This document shows positions 39,334 to 48,611 of a DNA stretch of 64,000 nucleotides, one piece after another; position 1 is the first letter of the stretch, and each line of letters opens with the position of its first letter. The position numbers were made by a program, and so were the translations under genes. Source of the DNA: Ignavibacteriota bacterium (GTDB taxonomy: Bacteria; Bacteroidota; Ignavibacteria; UBA10030; UBA6906); assembly GCA_003162635.1 (NCBI GenBank), contig PMNE01000065.1, positions 50,398 to 114,397 on the forward strand. Reading direction: 5' to 3'. Under the pieces are notes generated by a model. That model saw nothing but the letters and a program-made list of their open reading frames with translations, was not told the DNA's origin and made no database searches.

Positions 39334-40599
39334 TTACGCAGGGCGCAGGCGGTCGAACTCCGTCCAGAATTCCGGGAAGGACTTCCTGACGCATTCAGGG
39401 TTTTCGACCTCGACTCCCGGAACGCGGAGTCCGATGAGTGCGAAGCTCATAGCCAAACGGTGATCATCATGGACGTCAAGACGCGCGCCCCGGAGGGGGA
39501 CAGGGTTGACCTCCATTGTCTCCCCGTTCATCCGCACATCTGCTCCGAGCTTCCGCAGCTCCGCTGCCAGCCCCTCTCCCCTGTCCGACTCCTTGTAGCG
39601 GAGGTGAGCAACATGCAGGATGCGCGTCCCCCCCTCCGCAAAAAGTGCGACAGCAACGAGGGTCGGAACGACATCGGGCATCCCGTTCATATCCACTTCC
39701 GTTCCCCGCAACGCCCCTTCCCGCAGAACGGTGAGTCCACGATCGTGTGCGCGGATGTCGCAACCCATCGCACGGAGGACATCCGTGAATCGCGCGTCTC
39801 CCTGCAACGAATCTTCCCGCACACCGGGAAGGAAGACCCTCCCTCCGGCAATGGCGGCGGCTGCCATGGGATAGGATGCACCCGACGCATCCGGTTCCAC
39901 TTCATACTCCGCAGGGACGTACCGTTGCCCGCTCCTCACGGTGAAAGTGCCTGCTTCGCCTTTCTTTGCTTCGACACCGAACGCCCGCATCACTTCAGTG
40001 GTCAGGAGCACGTAGGGAGCAGACGCCAGGTCCTCCACGACCCTGAGAGTGGTGTCCCTGAGCGCGCACGGAGCGACAAGCATCAGCGAAGAGAGAAACT
40101 GCGAGCTGCGGGAACTCCGGACTTCCACACTCCCTCCGGCGAGCGCGCCTCCCCTGACATCGAACCTGCTTGTCCCCGGGTGCCAATCGATCTGAATTCC
40201 CTGCTGCTTCAGCGCTGACAGGAGATCGTCGTTGGGACGGGCGGCCATCCGTTCGTCCCCCTGCAGCGACGTCGTCCCTTCTGCCACTGCGGCCACCGAG
40301 AGGAGAAACCGGAGAGTCGTTCCGGCGTTCCCCACAGGAATTGGAAATTTCGGTGCGAAGAGCCGGCCCCCCGTCCCTCCGACAATCATGTCCGTGCCTG
40401 AGCGGCGAACCAGGACGCCGAGCTGGTTCAACCCGTTCGCCATGAACGCCGAGTCGTCGCTGTCCGACGCGTTCCGGATCGTCGACTCCCCCTGGGCAAG
40501 CGCAGCGCAGACAAGGGCCCGATTCGTCAAGCTCTTCGAGCCGGGGACACGGAAAACGCCGTCAACCGGGCCGCCTGTTCGGATCTCCCTGATCATCAA
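39334..40599 (-). CDS. aroA: 3-phosphoshikimate 1-carboxyvinyltransferase (EPSP synthase)
   Basis: 421 aa; canonical EPSPS motifs (LPGSKSLTNRAL...). Confidence 0.92.
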   Translation of the reverse strand: MMIREIRTGGPVDGVFRVPGSKSLTNRALVCAALAQGESTIRNASDSDDSAFMANGLNQLGVLVRRSGTDMIVGGTGGRLFAPKFPIPVGNAGTTLRFLLSVAAVAEGTTSLQGDERMAARPNDDLLSALKQQGIQIDWHPGTSRFDVRGGALAGGSVEVRSSRSSQFLSSLMLVAPCALRDTTLRVVEDLASAPYVLLTTEVMRAFGVEAKKGEAGTFTVRSGQRYVPAEYEVEPDASGASYPMAAAAIAGGRVFLPGVREDSLQGDARFTDVLRAMGCDIRAHDRGLTVLREGALRGTEVDMNGMPDVVPTLVAVALFAEGGTRILHVAHLRYKESDRGEGLAAELRKLGADVRMNGETMEVNPVPLRGARLDVHDDHRLAMSFALIGLRVPGVEVENPECVRKSFPEFWTEFDRLRPA

Positions 40600-40605
40600 A
40601 TGATC

Positions 40606-42060
40606 TCAGGATCGTTGCGAGAGTATTTCCTTCATGGCATCCATGTCCGGGGCAATACCCGCGTAGAGCCGGAACTGTCGTGCCGCCTGATTGATGTACA
40701 TTTCCGTCCCCTCGATGGTCTGCGCCCCGACTGCCGCCGCAGCCCGGAGAAGTTCCGTCACGGGAGGATTGTACACAACGTCAAAGACGAGCTTGCCCTG
40801 AAGCATTGAGGCAGGGGCCGGAGAACCGGCGATGTTCGGCGCCATGCCGATCGTCGTCGCATTAACAAGAATATCGAAAAAAATGGACCTAATTTCTTTC
40901 ATTTCAATATGTTGTATGTGCAAATCGAATGCAAGACGCCGCGCTCTTTTCTCCGTCCTGTTTGCGACGAGAACAACGGCTCCCCTCTTCCTTGCCTCGT
41001 ATGCAATCGCTCTTGCGGCTCCCCCAGCACCCAGGAGAAGGATGGTCTTCCCCGCCACGCTGGTCCGCTTTTCGATGGCATCGAGAGCTCCAGGAGCATC
41101 GGTATTTGTTCCCCACCATCCGCCACGTCGACGGAGGACGGTATTGACTGCTCCGATGGCCTTTGCTCTCCCATCGATCGCCTGCAAATATTTCATCACA
41201 CCCGCCTTATGGGGGATAGTAACGCTGAAACCCTTCAGAACGGGCGCCGCCCGTTTCATAAAGCGGCCGAGGTCGGCGACCACGAAACGGCAATAGATGG
41301 CGTTCTTGCCGGCACGGGAAAAGAGGGCATTGTGAACGAATATTCCCTTGCTCTGACCGACGGGATTGCCGATCACTCCGAATATTCTCGTCGTTCGCTT
41401 TCGCCGGTCCGCCCGATACACATCCTTGAGCATCCGGGCGCTCACCTGCCCCGGAGCCGCCGGTTTCCCTTCCTCCGAAGAAGCATATGTTGCCCATCCG
41501 CCGAACACCCGGTAGAGCACCCTGCTCGGTTCCCCTGCATCCCCCATGGCGATGGCAACGGCCTTCCGTCTCTCTTTCCCGGCCAATGTCAGGAATTCCC
41601 ACGCAAGGGCATTTTGCCACGCATCGGTCGCATGGAACGCGAATTTCAACACATCTGCATCGAACCTGCTCATGGTTCGGTACACTCCCCGCACGTTCAC
41701 CGTTGCCCCCTTCGGGAGATGACGCGAGAGGATGACGCCTGTTTCCCTCCTCCGGGCAAGGAATCCCGAAAGAAACCGCCTGGAAGTTCCCATCTCGATG
41801 TCGACGTAGTCCGCCCCGAGAAGCGAGGCAGATGACAGGATCTCGACCCTTGCCGCTTCTGAACCGCGGAAACCTCCCCCCTCCCATGCAGGTCTGCACG
41901 TCGCGACAATCGGCTTCGCGGTGGAGAGCATCAGGGTGGCAATCGCCGGCGCGCGGATGAGATCGAGACGGAATTCAAACGCGTCGGCAAATCGGTCGGA
42001 TGATGCCACCTGGGCCAGAGCATCGCTCATTGTCGGCCCCGTAATCGAAACGATGATCAC
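40606..42060 (-). CDS. aroDE: bifunctional 3-dehydroquinate dehydratase (type I) / shikimate dehydrogenase
   Basis: 484 aa. N-terminal type I DHQase (~230 aa) followed by AroE (GVIGNPVGQSKGIFVHN...LLLGAGGAARAIAYE). Confidence 0.85.
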   Translation of the reverse strand: MIIVSITGPTMSDALAQVASSDRFADAFEFRLDLIRAPAIATLMLSTAKPIVATCRPAWEGGGFRGSEAARVEILSSASLLGADYVDIEMGTSRRFLSGFLARRRETGVILSRHLPKGATVNVRGVYRTMSRFDADVLKFAFHATDAWQNALAWEFLTLAGKERRKAVAIAMGDAGEPSRVLYRVFGGWATYASSEEGKPAAPGQVSARMLKDVYRADRRKRTTRIFGVIGNPVGQSKGIFVHNALFSRAGKNAIYCRFVVADLGRFMKRAAPVLKGFSVTIPHKAGVMKYLQAIDGRAKAIGAVNTVLRRRGGWWGTNTDAPGALDAIEKRTSVAGKTILLLGAGGAARAIAYEARKRGAVVLVANRTEKRARRLAFDLHIQHIEMKEIRSIFFDILVNATTIGMAPNIAGSPAPASMLQGKLVFDVVYNPPVTELLRAAAAVGAQTIEGTEMYINQAARQFRLYAGIAPDMDAMKEILSQRS

Positions 42061-42171
42061 GACTCTCTCCCTTCATCTATAGTCACAGAGAGACCGGATT
42101 TCCGAACCCCAAAGGAGTTTCCGGCGTGAACAACGTTTCCCATCCAACCTGCCCCTGCATCCTGCGAGAGA

Positions 42172-43266
42172 TTATTCATACAAGAACATATCGATGCAAT
42201 TGATGAACTCCGGGGGGACACGAACACCGATGGCACACTCACCTATGGCACGGGGAAGAACGAACGCCGTCCCCCGTGCATCGCCCTTCTTATCCATTGC
42301 CAGCGAGGACCGGAGCGTTTTCCAGTCAATTTTCCGCGGTGCATTCGTCGGCAGGTGCATAAGGTGGAGCACGTTCTCCAGCCGTACGGCAGTCTCCGGC
42401 GCGGTCAAACCGAGGGCGACGGCCAGACGTGTCTCGGCCATCAGGCCGATCGCGACACCGAATCCATGCTTCAGCCGGTAGCCGGTCGAGGCTTCCAGCG
42501 CATGTCCAATGGTATGCCCCAGATTAAGGGATTTCCGGAGGCCGGATTCAAACTCATCGCGTGCGACGACTGCTCCCTTAAGTCCGACCGCCCTGGTGAT
42601 GAGCCGGGTGAGGAGGCGATGATTCGATCGAGTGATGCGCCCTCCCAGGAGTTCGAGCGATCGGAAGAATTCTGCATCGAGGGCTGCGGCGATCTTCACG
42701 ACTTCTGCAAGGCCGTTTGCAAACTCCACTGCCGGAAGCGTACGCAAAAACCGCGGGTCAATGAACACGGCAACGGGCTGATGAAACGCCCCCAGGAGAT
42801 TTTTCCCCGCCGGGTGGTCAATCCCGACTTTCCCTCCGACGCTGCTGTCGACCTGCGCGAGGAGCGACGTTGGAACCTGGACAAACCTGATTCCGCGCAG
42901 CACCGTCGAGGCGACATAGCCGGCGAGGTCTCCGATGACGCCGCCGCCCAGCCCAACAACAAGACTGTCCCGTTTCACGCGTCCACGGAGGAGGCGCGAC
43001 TGGAGGGAAAGGGCCATGGCGGAGGACTTCGACCGTTCCCCGGCCGGAACTGTCAGCAGAATCGCATCAGTGCCGAGGTGCAACAACCTTTTGAGCAGGA
43101 CCCTGCCATACCGGGGTGCGACGTGACGGTCGGTGACAATGAAAATGCGTCCGCCCCCCGCTATGTGCGCAAGACGGCGGGGAAGGGTCCCGAACAACCC
43201 GGAGCGGATCGTCACGGTGTATGACCTGTCCCGAAGGGGGGCAAGCCGTATCTGGATCTGCGGCAT
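42172..43266 (-). CDS. aroB: 3-dehydroquinate synthase
   Basis: 364 aa; AroB motifs (GGGVIGDLAGYVAST...). Confidence 0.9.
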   Translation of the reverse strand: MPQIQIRLAPLRDRSYTVTIRSGLFGTLPRRLAHIAGGGRIFIVTDRHVAPRYGRVLLKRLLHLGTDAILLTVPAGERSKSSAMALSLQSRLLRGRVKRDSLVVGLGGGVIGDLAGYVASTVLRGIRFVQVPTSLLAQVDSSVGGKVGIDHPAGKNLLGAFHQPVAVFIDPRFLRTLPAVEFANGLAEVVKIAAALDAEFFRSLELLGGRITRSNHRLLTRLITRAVGLKGAVVARDEFESGLRKSLNLGHTIGHALEASTGYRLKHGFGVAIGLMAETRLAVALGLTAPETAVRLENVLHLMHLPTNAPRKIDWKTLRSSLAMDKKGDARGTAFVLPRAIGECAIGVRVPPEFINCIDMFLYE

Positions 43267-43476
43267 AGGAAGACTTCATCGATGACGGAACAAACAAAAA
43301 ACCTTCACCTTTCACCGGTGGAGGTTACAAAATGTATATGCAAATCAAGACAAAAAGTCAAGGCGTGGAGAACCACCTCCTTCCCTCCCTCCCAGGTCTG
43401 CGGCAGGCGAAAGGAGCACTTGGAACTCCCGCCGCCGTTTCGTATCTTTCATGGCAGATCATCCATCCGCCGCGTC

Positions 43477-44175
43477 GTGCAGAAGCAGAACATCCGCTCA
43501 CTTTTTGATTCCATCGCCCACCGGTATGATTTTCTCAACCATGTGCTGAGCGGCGGGACCGATTATCTCTGGCGGCGCCGGGCGATCGATCACCTTCGCG
43601 ATCTCCACCCGCTTACCATTCTTGATGTTGCAACCGGCACTGCTGATTTTGCGCTTGCGGCCATGCAGCTTGGCCCCCAAGAAGTGGTCGGAATCGACAT
43701 TTCCGAACAAATGCTCAATCGCGGGAGGGCGAAGATCATACGCCGCGGATTCGATCGTACCATTGCGCTCAGGACGGGAGATGCCGAGAACCTTGAGTTT
43801 CCCAATGACAGATTTGATGCGGCCATCGTTGCGTTCGGCGCGCGGAACTTCGAAAATCTTGAACGCGGGCTCTCGGAGATGTTCAGGACCCTTCGGCCGG
43901 GAGGAAGAATCGTCGTCCTGGAGTTCTCTCGTCCATCCCTTTTCCCCGTCAAGCAGCTCTACTTTTTCTATTTCCGCCGCATCCTCCCGCTCATTGGGCG
44001 AATCGTCTCGGGAGACAGGCAGGCGTACAACCACCTCCCCGAGACAGTGATGAGATTTCCGCAAGGCGAGGCATTTCTTGCGATCTTGAGGAAAATCGGA
44101 TTTGCCCTGGCGGAAGACGATCGCCTGACCTTTGGCATTGCCTCCATCTATACCGGGACCAAGCCCCTGCGATGA
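43477..44175 (+). CDS. ubiE: demethylmenaquinone/ubiquinone methyltransferase UbiE/MenG
   Basis: ORF track from ATG 43282, only 15 nt from the divergent aroB start. GTG 43477 gives MQKQNIRSLFDSIAHRYDF, parallel to the MenG N-terminus; SAM motif ILDVATGTADFA. Start uncertain (TTG 43420 also possible). Confidence 0.8.
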   Translation: MQKQNIRSLFDSIAHRYDFLNHVLSGGTDYLWRRRAIDHLRDLHPLTILDVATGTADFALAAMQLGPQEVVGIDISEQMLNRGRAKIIRRGFDRTIALRTGDAENLEFPNDRFDAAIVAFGARNFENLERGLSEMFRTLRPGGRIVVLEFSRPSLFPVKQLYFFYFRRILPLIGRIVSGDRQAYNHLPETVMRFPQGEAFLAILRKIGFALAEDDRLTFGIASIYTGTKPLR

Positions 44176-44663
44176 CCCATACCCTCCACCGGGGCGGGAT
44201 CGAGATCAGCACCGACCCATCCCGCCTCGACATCGATGTCATCTATGGATTCCTCACCCGGTCGTACTGGGCGGAGCAAATCCCCCGGGCCATCGTCGAG
44301 CGTTCTCTGGCCAACTCGATCTGCTTCGGTGCATACCGGGGGAATGCGCAGATCGGCTTTGCCAGGGTGATCAGCGATGAAGCCACCTATGCGTACCTCG
44401 CGGACGTTTTTGTCCTGGAGCCGTTCCGCGGCCGGGGAGTGGGAAGTCTTCTGATGGAATGCATCACCTCGCATCCGGATTTGCAGGGCTTGCGACGGTG
44501 GACGTTGCTCACCCGCGACGCTCATGGTCTGTACCGACGCTTCGGCTTTGACGAACCGAGGAATCCGGAGCGCTTCATGGAAATCAGCAACCCCGACGTC
44601 TATAAGACCGCCTGTTCCCCTGACGAGGAGAAGAAGAGAAGCGATCCGATGACCCCCGAATGA
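44172..44663 (+). CDS. GNAT family N-acetyltransferase
   Basis: 163 aa; ATGA overlap with ubiE stop; motif RGRGVGSLLMEC. Confidence 0.8.
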   Translation: MTHTLHRGGIEISTDPSRLDIDVIYGFLTRSYWAEQIPRAIVERSLANSICFGAYRGNAQIGFARVISDEATYAYLADVFVLEPFRGRGVGSLLMECITSHPDLQGLRRWTLLTRDAHGLYRRFGFDEPRNPERFMEISNPDVYKTACSPDEEKKRSDPMTPE

Positions 44664-44739
44664 GCCGGGTGCGGCCGCCCCCGGTTTCTCCGCAGCACAC
44701 CGAAGCTCCGGATCATATCACCCTCAAGGAATTCCGCGC

Positions 44740-45576
44740 ATGGCTGACAGAATTGTGAAGGTGGGACACAGTCCCGATCCCGATGATGCTTTTATGTTCT
44801 ATGGTCTTGCCAGCGGCAAGGTGAAACTTCCCGGCATTGCGATCGAGCACCTGCTGGAAGACATCCAGTCGCTGAACGAGCGGGCGCAGCGCGCCGAGCT
44901 GGAGGTCACCGCCATCTCAGCTCACGCCTTTGCCGCCGTGGCCGACAAGTACTGGATCATGAGAACCGGCGCAAGCATGGGCGAGGGATACGGGCCCGTG
45001 CTTATTTCGCGGAAATACCGATCACTCGAAGATCTGCAAGGGAAGACGGTGGGTACCCCCGGTCCGTTGACGACCGCCACCTTGCTGTTCAAGACCTTTA
45101 CCAGCGGCATCCGCAATATCGACATGCCCTTCGATGCCATCATGGAAGCAGTGGACAATGGAAAGGTCGATGCAGGTCTCCTCATCCACGAAGGACAGAT
45201 TACGTATCATTCGCTGGGGTACAACAAAGTGCTCGACTTCGGCGAGTTCTGGGAGAAGGAGACGGGAGGCCTGCCGCTGCCGCTGGGGCTTGATGTGGTT
45301 CGGAAGGACCTGGGGGAGGATATGGCACAACGGCTTTCCATCGGGTTGCGCGACAGCATCGCCTACGGTTACGCACACCAGGATGAATCGCTCCCCTACG
45401 CTCTCCGTTGGGGCCGGGGGATCAGCTCGGCATTGGGCGAGAAGTTTGTCAAGATGTACGTGAGTGAACTCACGATTGATATGGGGGAGAAGGGGAAGCA
45501 GGGACTTGAGTTTCTCTTCCGCAGGGCGCAGCAGAAGAACCTGGTCGGCGCGATCCCCCCCATCGTCTTGTATTGA
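44740..45576 (+). CDS. MqnA/MqnD family menaquinone biosynthesis protein (futalosine pathway)
   Basis: 278 aa; N-terminal VGHSPDPDDAFMFYGL typical of MqnA/MqnD (PBP-like fold). Cannot distinguish MqnA from MqnD by eye. Confidence 0.7.
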   Translation: MADRIVKVGHSPDPDDAFMFYGLASGKVKLPGIAIEHLLEDIQSLNERAQRAELEVTAISAHAFAAVADKYWIMRTGASMGEGYGPVLISRKYRSLEDLQGKTVGTPGPLTTATLLFKTFTSGIRNIDMPFDAIMEAVDNGKVDAGLLIHEGQITYHSLGYNKVLDFGEFWEKETGGLPLPLGLDVVRKDLGEDMAQRLSIGLRDSIAYGYAHQDESLPYALRWGRGISSALGEKFVKMYVSELTIDMGEKGKQGLEFLFRRAQQKNLVGAIPPIVLY

Positions 45577-45606
45577 GATCCCGCCCCGGGTCGCCCGCCG
45601 GCGATT

Positions 45607-46707
45607 TCAGACCGCAACCTCCGCGGTGGGGATCACGCGGAGAATCTCATACAGCGTCGTCCGTTGCGCGGCAGAGAACCCCGCATCGTGAATCAGCCTG
45701 ACGCATTCCTCGGTGCTGGTCGTATTCACGAAATTCGCCGCGGCATGGACATTCTCTTCTTGCAGCGTCCCGCCGAAATCATCCGCACCGAAATGCAGCG
45801 CCATCTGGCCCGTCTTCTTCCCCTCCGAGAACCATGACGCCTGGATGTGAGGGAGATTGTCCAGGTAGAGCCTGGAAAAGGCGATCATCTGCAGGTAGCG
45901 CGTCGGCGTCGCATAGTGAGGGATAATCTTCTCCAGCGGAGTGTTCCCCGGTTTGAAGCTCCACGGGATGAAGGCGGTAAATCCGTTTCCCTCATCCTGG
46001 ATTTGCCTGACCAATTCCAGATGTTCAACGACATCCTCTTCATTCTCGAGATGCCCGTACATCATTGTGGCAGTAGTCTTGTATCCGATCCGATGTGCCT
46101 GCTTCATCACCCCGGCCCAATCAGCGCTCGTTCCCTTCAGGCGGCTGATCTTCTTCTTCACGCGATCGGAGAGTATTTCCGCCCCCCCTCCCGGCAATGA
46201 GCGCAAACCGGCATCCCATAACTCACGCAGGACCTGTTCGGTCGACATGCCGGCGCCATGCGCCATCCCGATGATTTCCGACGTCGAGAAGAAGTGCGGG
46301 AACACCTCCGGCACTTCTTTCCGGGTCCGCCGGACCAGCTCTTTATAATAGTCAAAGGGAAGGGAAGGATGCACGCCCCCCTGCAGCAGGACTGTTGTCA
46401 CCCCATGCCCGGCTGATTCCTTGAATTTGCCGATCATATGATCAACAGTGTATGTGTACTCCCCTTCCTCCCCGGGATGGCGGTAGAAGGCACAGAAGAT
46501 GCAGTCGATCGTGCAGACGTTGGAGTAGTTCGGGTTGGTGTCAACAACAAAAGTGACCTGTTGCCCGGGATTTTTCCGGAAGCGGATCTCATTGGCTGCC
46601 TCGGCCAGATCGAGCAGCTCGGCGTGGCGATAGAGTTCGATCCCCTCCTCGCGGGTGATCCTCTCTCCCTCGCGGGCCTTCGCAAGAATATCCTGAACGT
46701 ACATCAT
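45607..46707 (-). CDS. radical SAM enzyme, MqnC/MqnE family
   Basis: 366 aa; CxxxCxFC cluster motif (CTIDCIFCAF), CofH/MqnC/MqnE architecture. Confidence 0.75.
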   Translation of the reverse strand: MMYVQDILAKAREGERITREEGIELYRHAELLDLAEAANEIRFRKNPGQQVTFVVDTNPNYSNVCTIDCIFCAFYRHPGEEGEYTYTVDHMIGKFKESAGHGVTTVLLQGGVHPSLPFDYYKELVRRTRKEVPEVFPHFFSTSEIIGMAHGAGMSTEQVLRELWDAGLRSLPGGGAEILSDRVKKKISRLKGTSADWAGVMKQAHRIGYKTTATMMYGHLENEEDVVEHLELVRQIQDEGNGFTAFIPWSFKPGNTPLEKIIPHYATPTRYLQMIAFSRLYLDNLPHIQASWFSEGKKTGQMALHFGADDFGGTLQEENVHAAANFVNTTSTEECVRLIHDAGFSAAQRTTLYEILRVIPTAEVAV

Positions 46708-48581
46708 CCCTCCCGACTGTCTCCGTTTCCCACGCCGCTGGCGGCCAATTCCGCCTGGAAGCGCCTGAAAACACGGATGGCCTCCTGTTCCCGCTCGCCC
46801 AGCTTGTAATTGAAGCCCTCAAGATACTCCTGCGTCTCCGCCTCTGTCAAACCGATCCTTCTGCCATGGGTTCCGGCAATCGAGGCAAAATCGTCACCGC
46901 ACGCATCCAGCGATCTCTCCAGAAGCCCGGCCAGATCACGCCGCGACTCTTCCGGAAGCGCTTTCCGGATCGCCCACACAGCGAAGACAAACGGAAGTTT
47001 CTGCCACTCATACCACTCGCTGGCGAGGTCGAAGACGAGTTCGAATCCATCCAGCCCCGCCTTGTTGTGCCGGAGGGCTTCATCTCCGATCAACAGCACG
47101 GCATCGAACCGGGAACAATCGTTCACCCCGGCATGGAGCCGTTCAAAGGTCGCATGAACATGGTACTTCTTTTCCAGAAGAACGCGGAGAAGCTGGACCG
47201 ACGTTGCCGTATCGTCGGTGATGCCGATCGTTTTCCCTTCAAGATCACGCCATCCTTCCTTCGAGAAGAGCATCACGCTTTTCACCTGGTCGCGCGTTGC
47301 GATGCACCACCCGAGGGGTTCGAGCACATCCTCCAGCCGGAGAAAGTCCATCAGGGAAAACAATCCAGCGTCGAGTTCTCCCTGCGCTGCCAGGACCCCC
47401 ATCCGCCGCGGGACGACGGGAAGAAGCCGGAACTGCTGCTTCTCCAGATGCGCGTGAAAGGGGACGGAATTCAAATACGGGATCTTCCCGATGACGTTGT
47501 CAGCGTAGACATGGATCGGGTTATAATAGACATCGCGCTCGACGGGAATCTTCCCCGCATCCCGGATCATCTGGATGAGCTTTTCCTTTGCGATGGTCGT
47601 TGGGCTGGTTGCGCCCGCATCGTGGGCGATCTTCTCACCCCCCACCGTTCCGTCGATGTCATCCGCGCCGAAATTCAGGGCCACCGAAGTCACTTCCTCG
47701 GTCAGCATCACCCAATATGCTTTGATGTGCGGGAAGTTATCGAGCATGAGACGGGACACCGCGATCGTCTTGAGGTCGTCGATTGCCGACGTGAACATGT
47801 TTCTCGGTTTGATCCCCGTCTCCCCGGGCTGGAACGCAAGCGGGATGAATGTGAGGAATCCCCCCGTTTCATCCTGCGCGTCGCGGAGTTTGATCATGTG
47901 AATGAGCCGTTCTTCCAGCGTTTCCACGTGACCATAGAGCATGGTGCTGTTCGTCGGGATCCCAAGCCGGTGCGCGGTGCTATGGACATCGAACCACCCT
48001 TTGGCGCCGATCTTCTGGTTGAAGAGAAGTTTCCGGACCCGCTCCGAAAATATCTCCGCCCCGCCACCCGGCATGGTTTTCAGGCCGGCCGCCTGGAGTT
48101 GCCGGAGTACCTCTTCGATGGACATCCGGAATTTCTTGTGGAAGAAGTCGATCTCCACAGCCGTAAAGGCCTTGACATCGGCTTCGGGGAGCCGGTGGTG
48201 GATGGTGCGGACGAGGTCGAGGTATCGTTCCCATGGCCAATCGGGAGGCATGCCGCCGGTAATGTGGACTTCCCGGATCTCCGGCGTCAGCTTTGCCAGC
48301 ACATCCTCCGTGGTCATCTCGTAGGCGCGTTCATCACCCTTCTTTGCGGCAAAGTCGCAGAACTTGCAGGAGAGGACACAGATATTGGTGTGTTCGATCT
48401 TCTGATTCAGCACAAAGTAGACCGCATCACCGCTCTTGGCCTGTTGCACCTCGTTCGCCATCCGTCCGAGCGCGATGACGTCCTGGGTCGTGTACAGGGC
48501 CAGGCCGTCCGCAAGCGTCAGGCGTTGCCCCTGCTGTATTTTGTCCCAGATGGGGGCGAGTTTTCTGTCACGTATGTTCAT
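46704..48581 (-). CDS. fusion: radical SAM MqnC/MqnE-family domain + C-terminal MqnA/MqnD-family domain
   Basis: 625 aa. N-terminal ~370 aa with CVLSCKFC radical SAM motif and MqnC/E-like body; C-terminal ~250 aa PBP-like domain resembling MqnA/D. ATGA overlap with downstream gene. Confidence 0.7.
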   Translation of the reverse strand: MNIRDRKLAPIWDKIQQGQRLTLADGLALYTTQDVIALGRMANEVQQAKSGDAVYFVLNQKIEHTNICVLSCKFCDFAAKKGDERAYEMTTEDVLAKLTPEIREVHITGGMPPDWPWERYLDLVRTIHHRLPEADVKAFTAVEIDFFHKKFRMSIEEVLRQLQAAGLKTMPGGGAEIFSERVRKLLFNQKIGAKGWFDVHSTAHRLGIPTNSTMLYGHVETLEERLIHMIKLRDAQDETGGFLTFIPLAFQPGETGIKPRNMFTSAIDDLKTIAVSRLMLDNFPHIKAYWVMLTEEVTSVALNFGADDIDGTVGGEKIAHDAGATSPTTIAKEKLIQMIRDAGKIPVERDVYYNPIHVYADNVIGKIPYLNSVPFHAHLEKQQFRLLPVVPRRMGVLAAQGELDAGLFSLMDFLRLEDVLEPLGWCIATRDQVKSVMLFSKEGWRDLEGKTIGITDDTATSVQLLRVLLEKKYHVHATFERLHAGVNDCSRFDAVLLIGDEALRHNKAGLDGFELVFDLASEWYEWQKLPFVFAVWAIRKALPEESRRDLAGLLERSLDACGDDFASIAGTHGRRIGLTEAETQEYLEGFNYKLGEREQEAIRVFRRFQAELAASGVGNGDSREG

Positions 48582-48611
48582 TCTTCACCATGGTCGTGGC
48601 GCATCATCGTT

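Noticed and set aside
43282-43476. ATG 43282 as ubiE start
   Set aside because: 15 nt from divergent aroB start; extension is low complexity; GTG 43477 matches MenG N-terminus.
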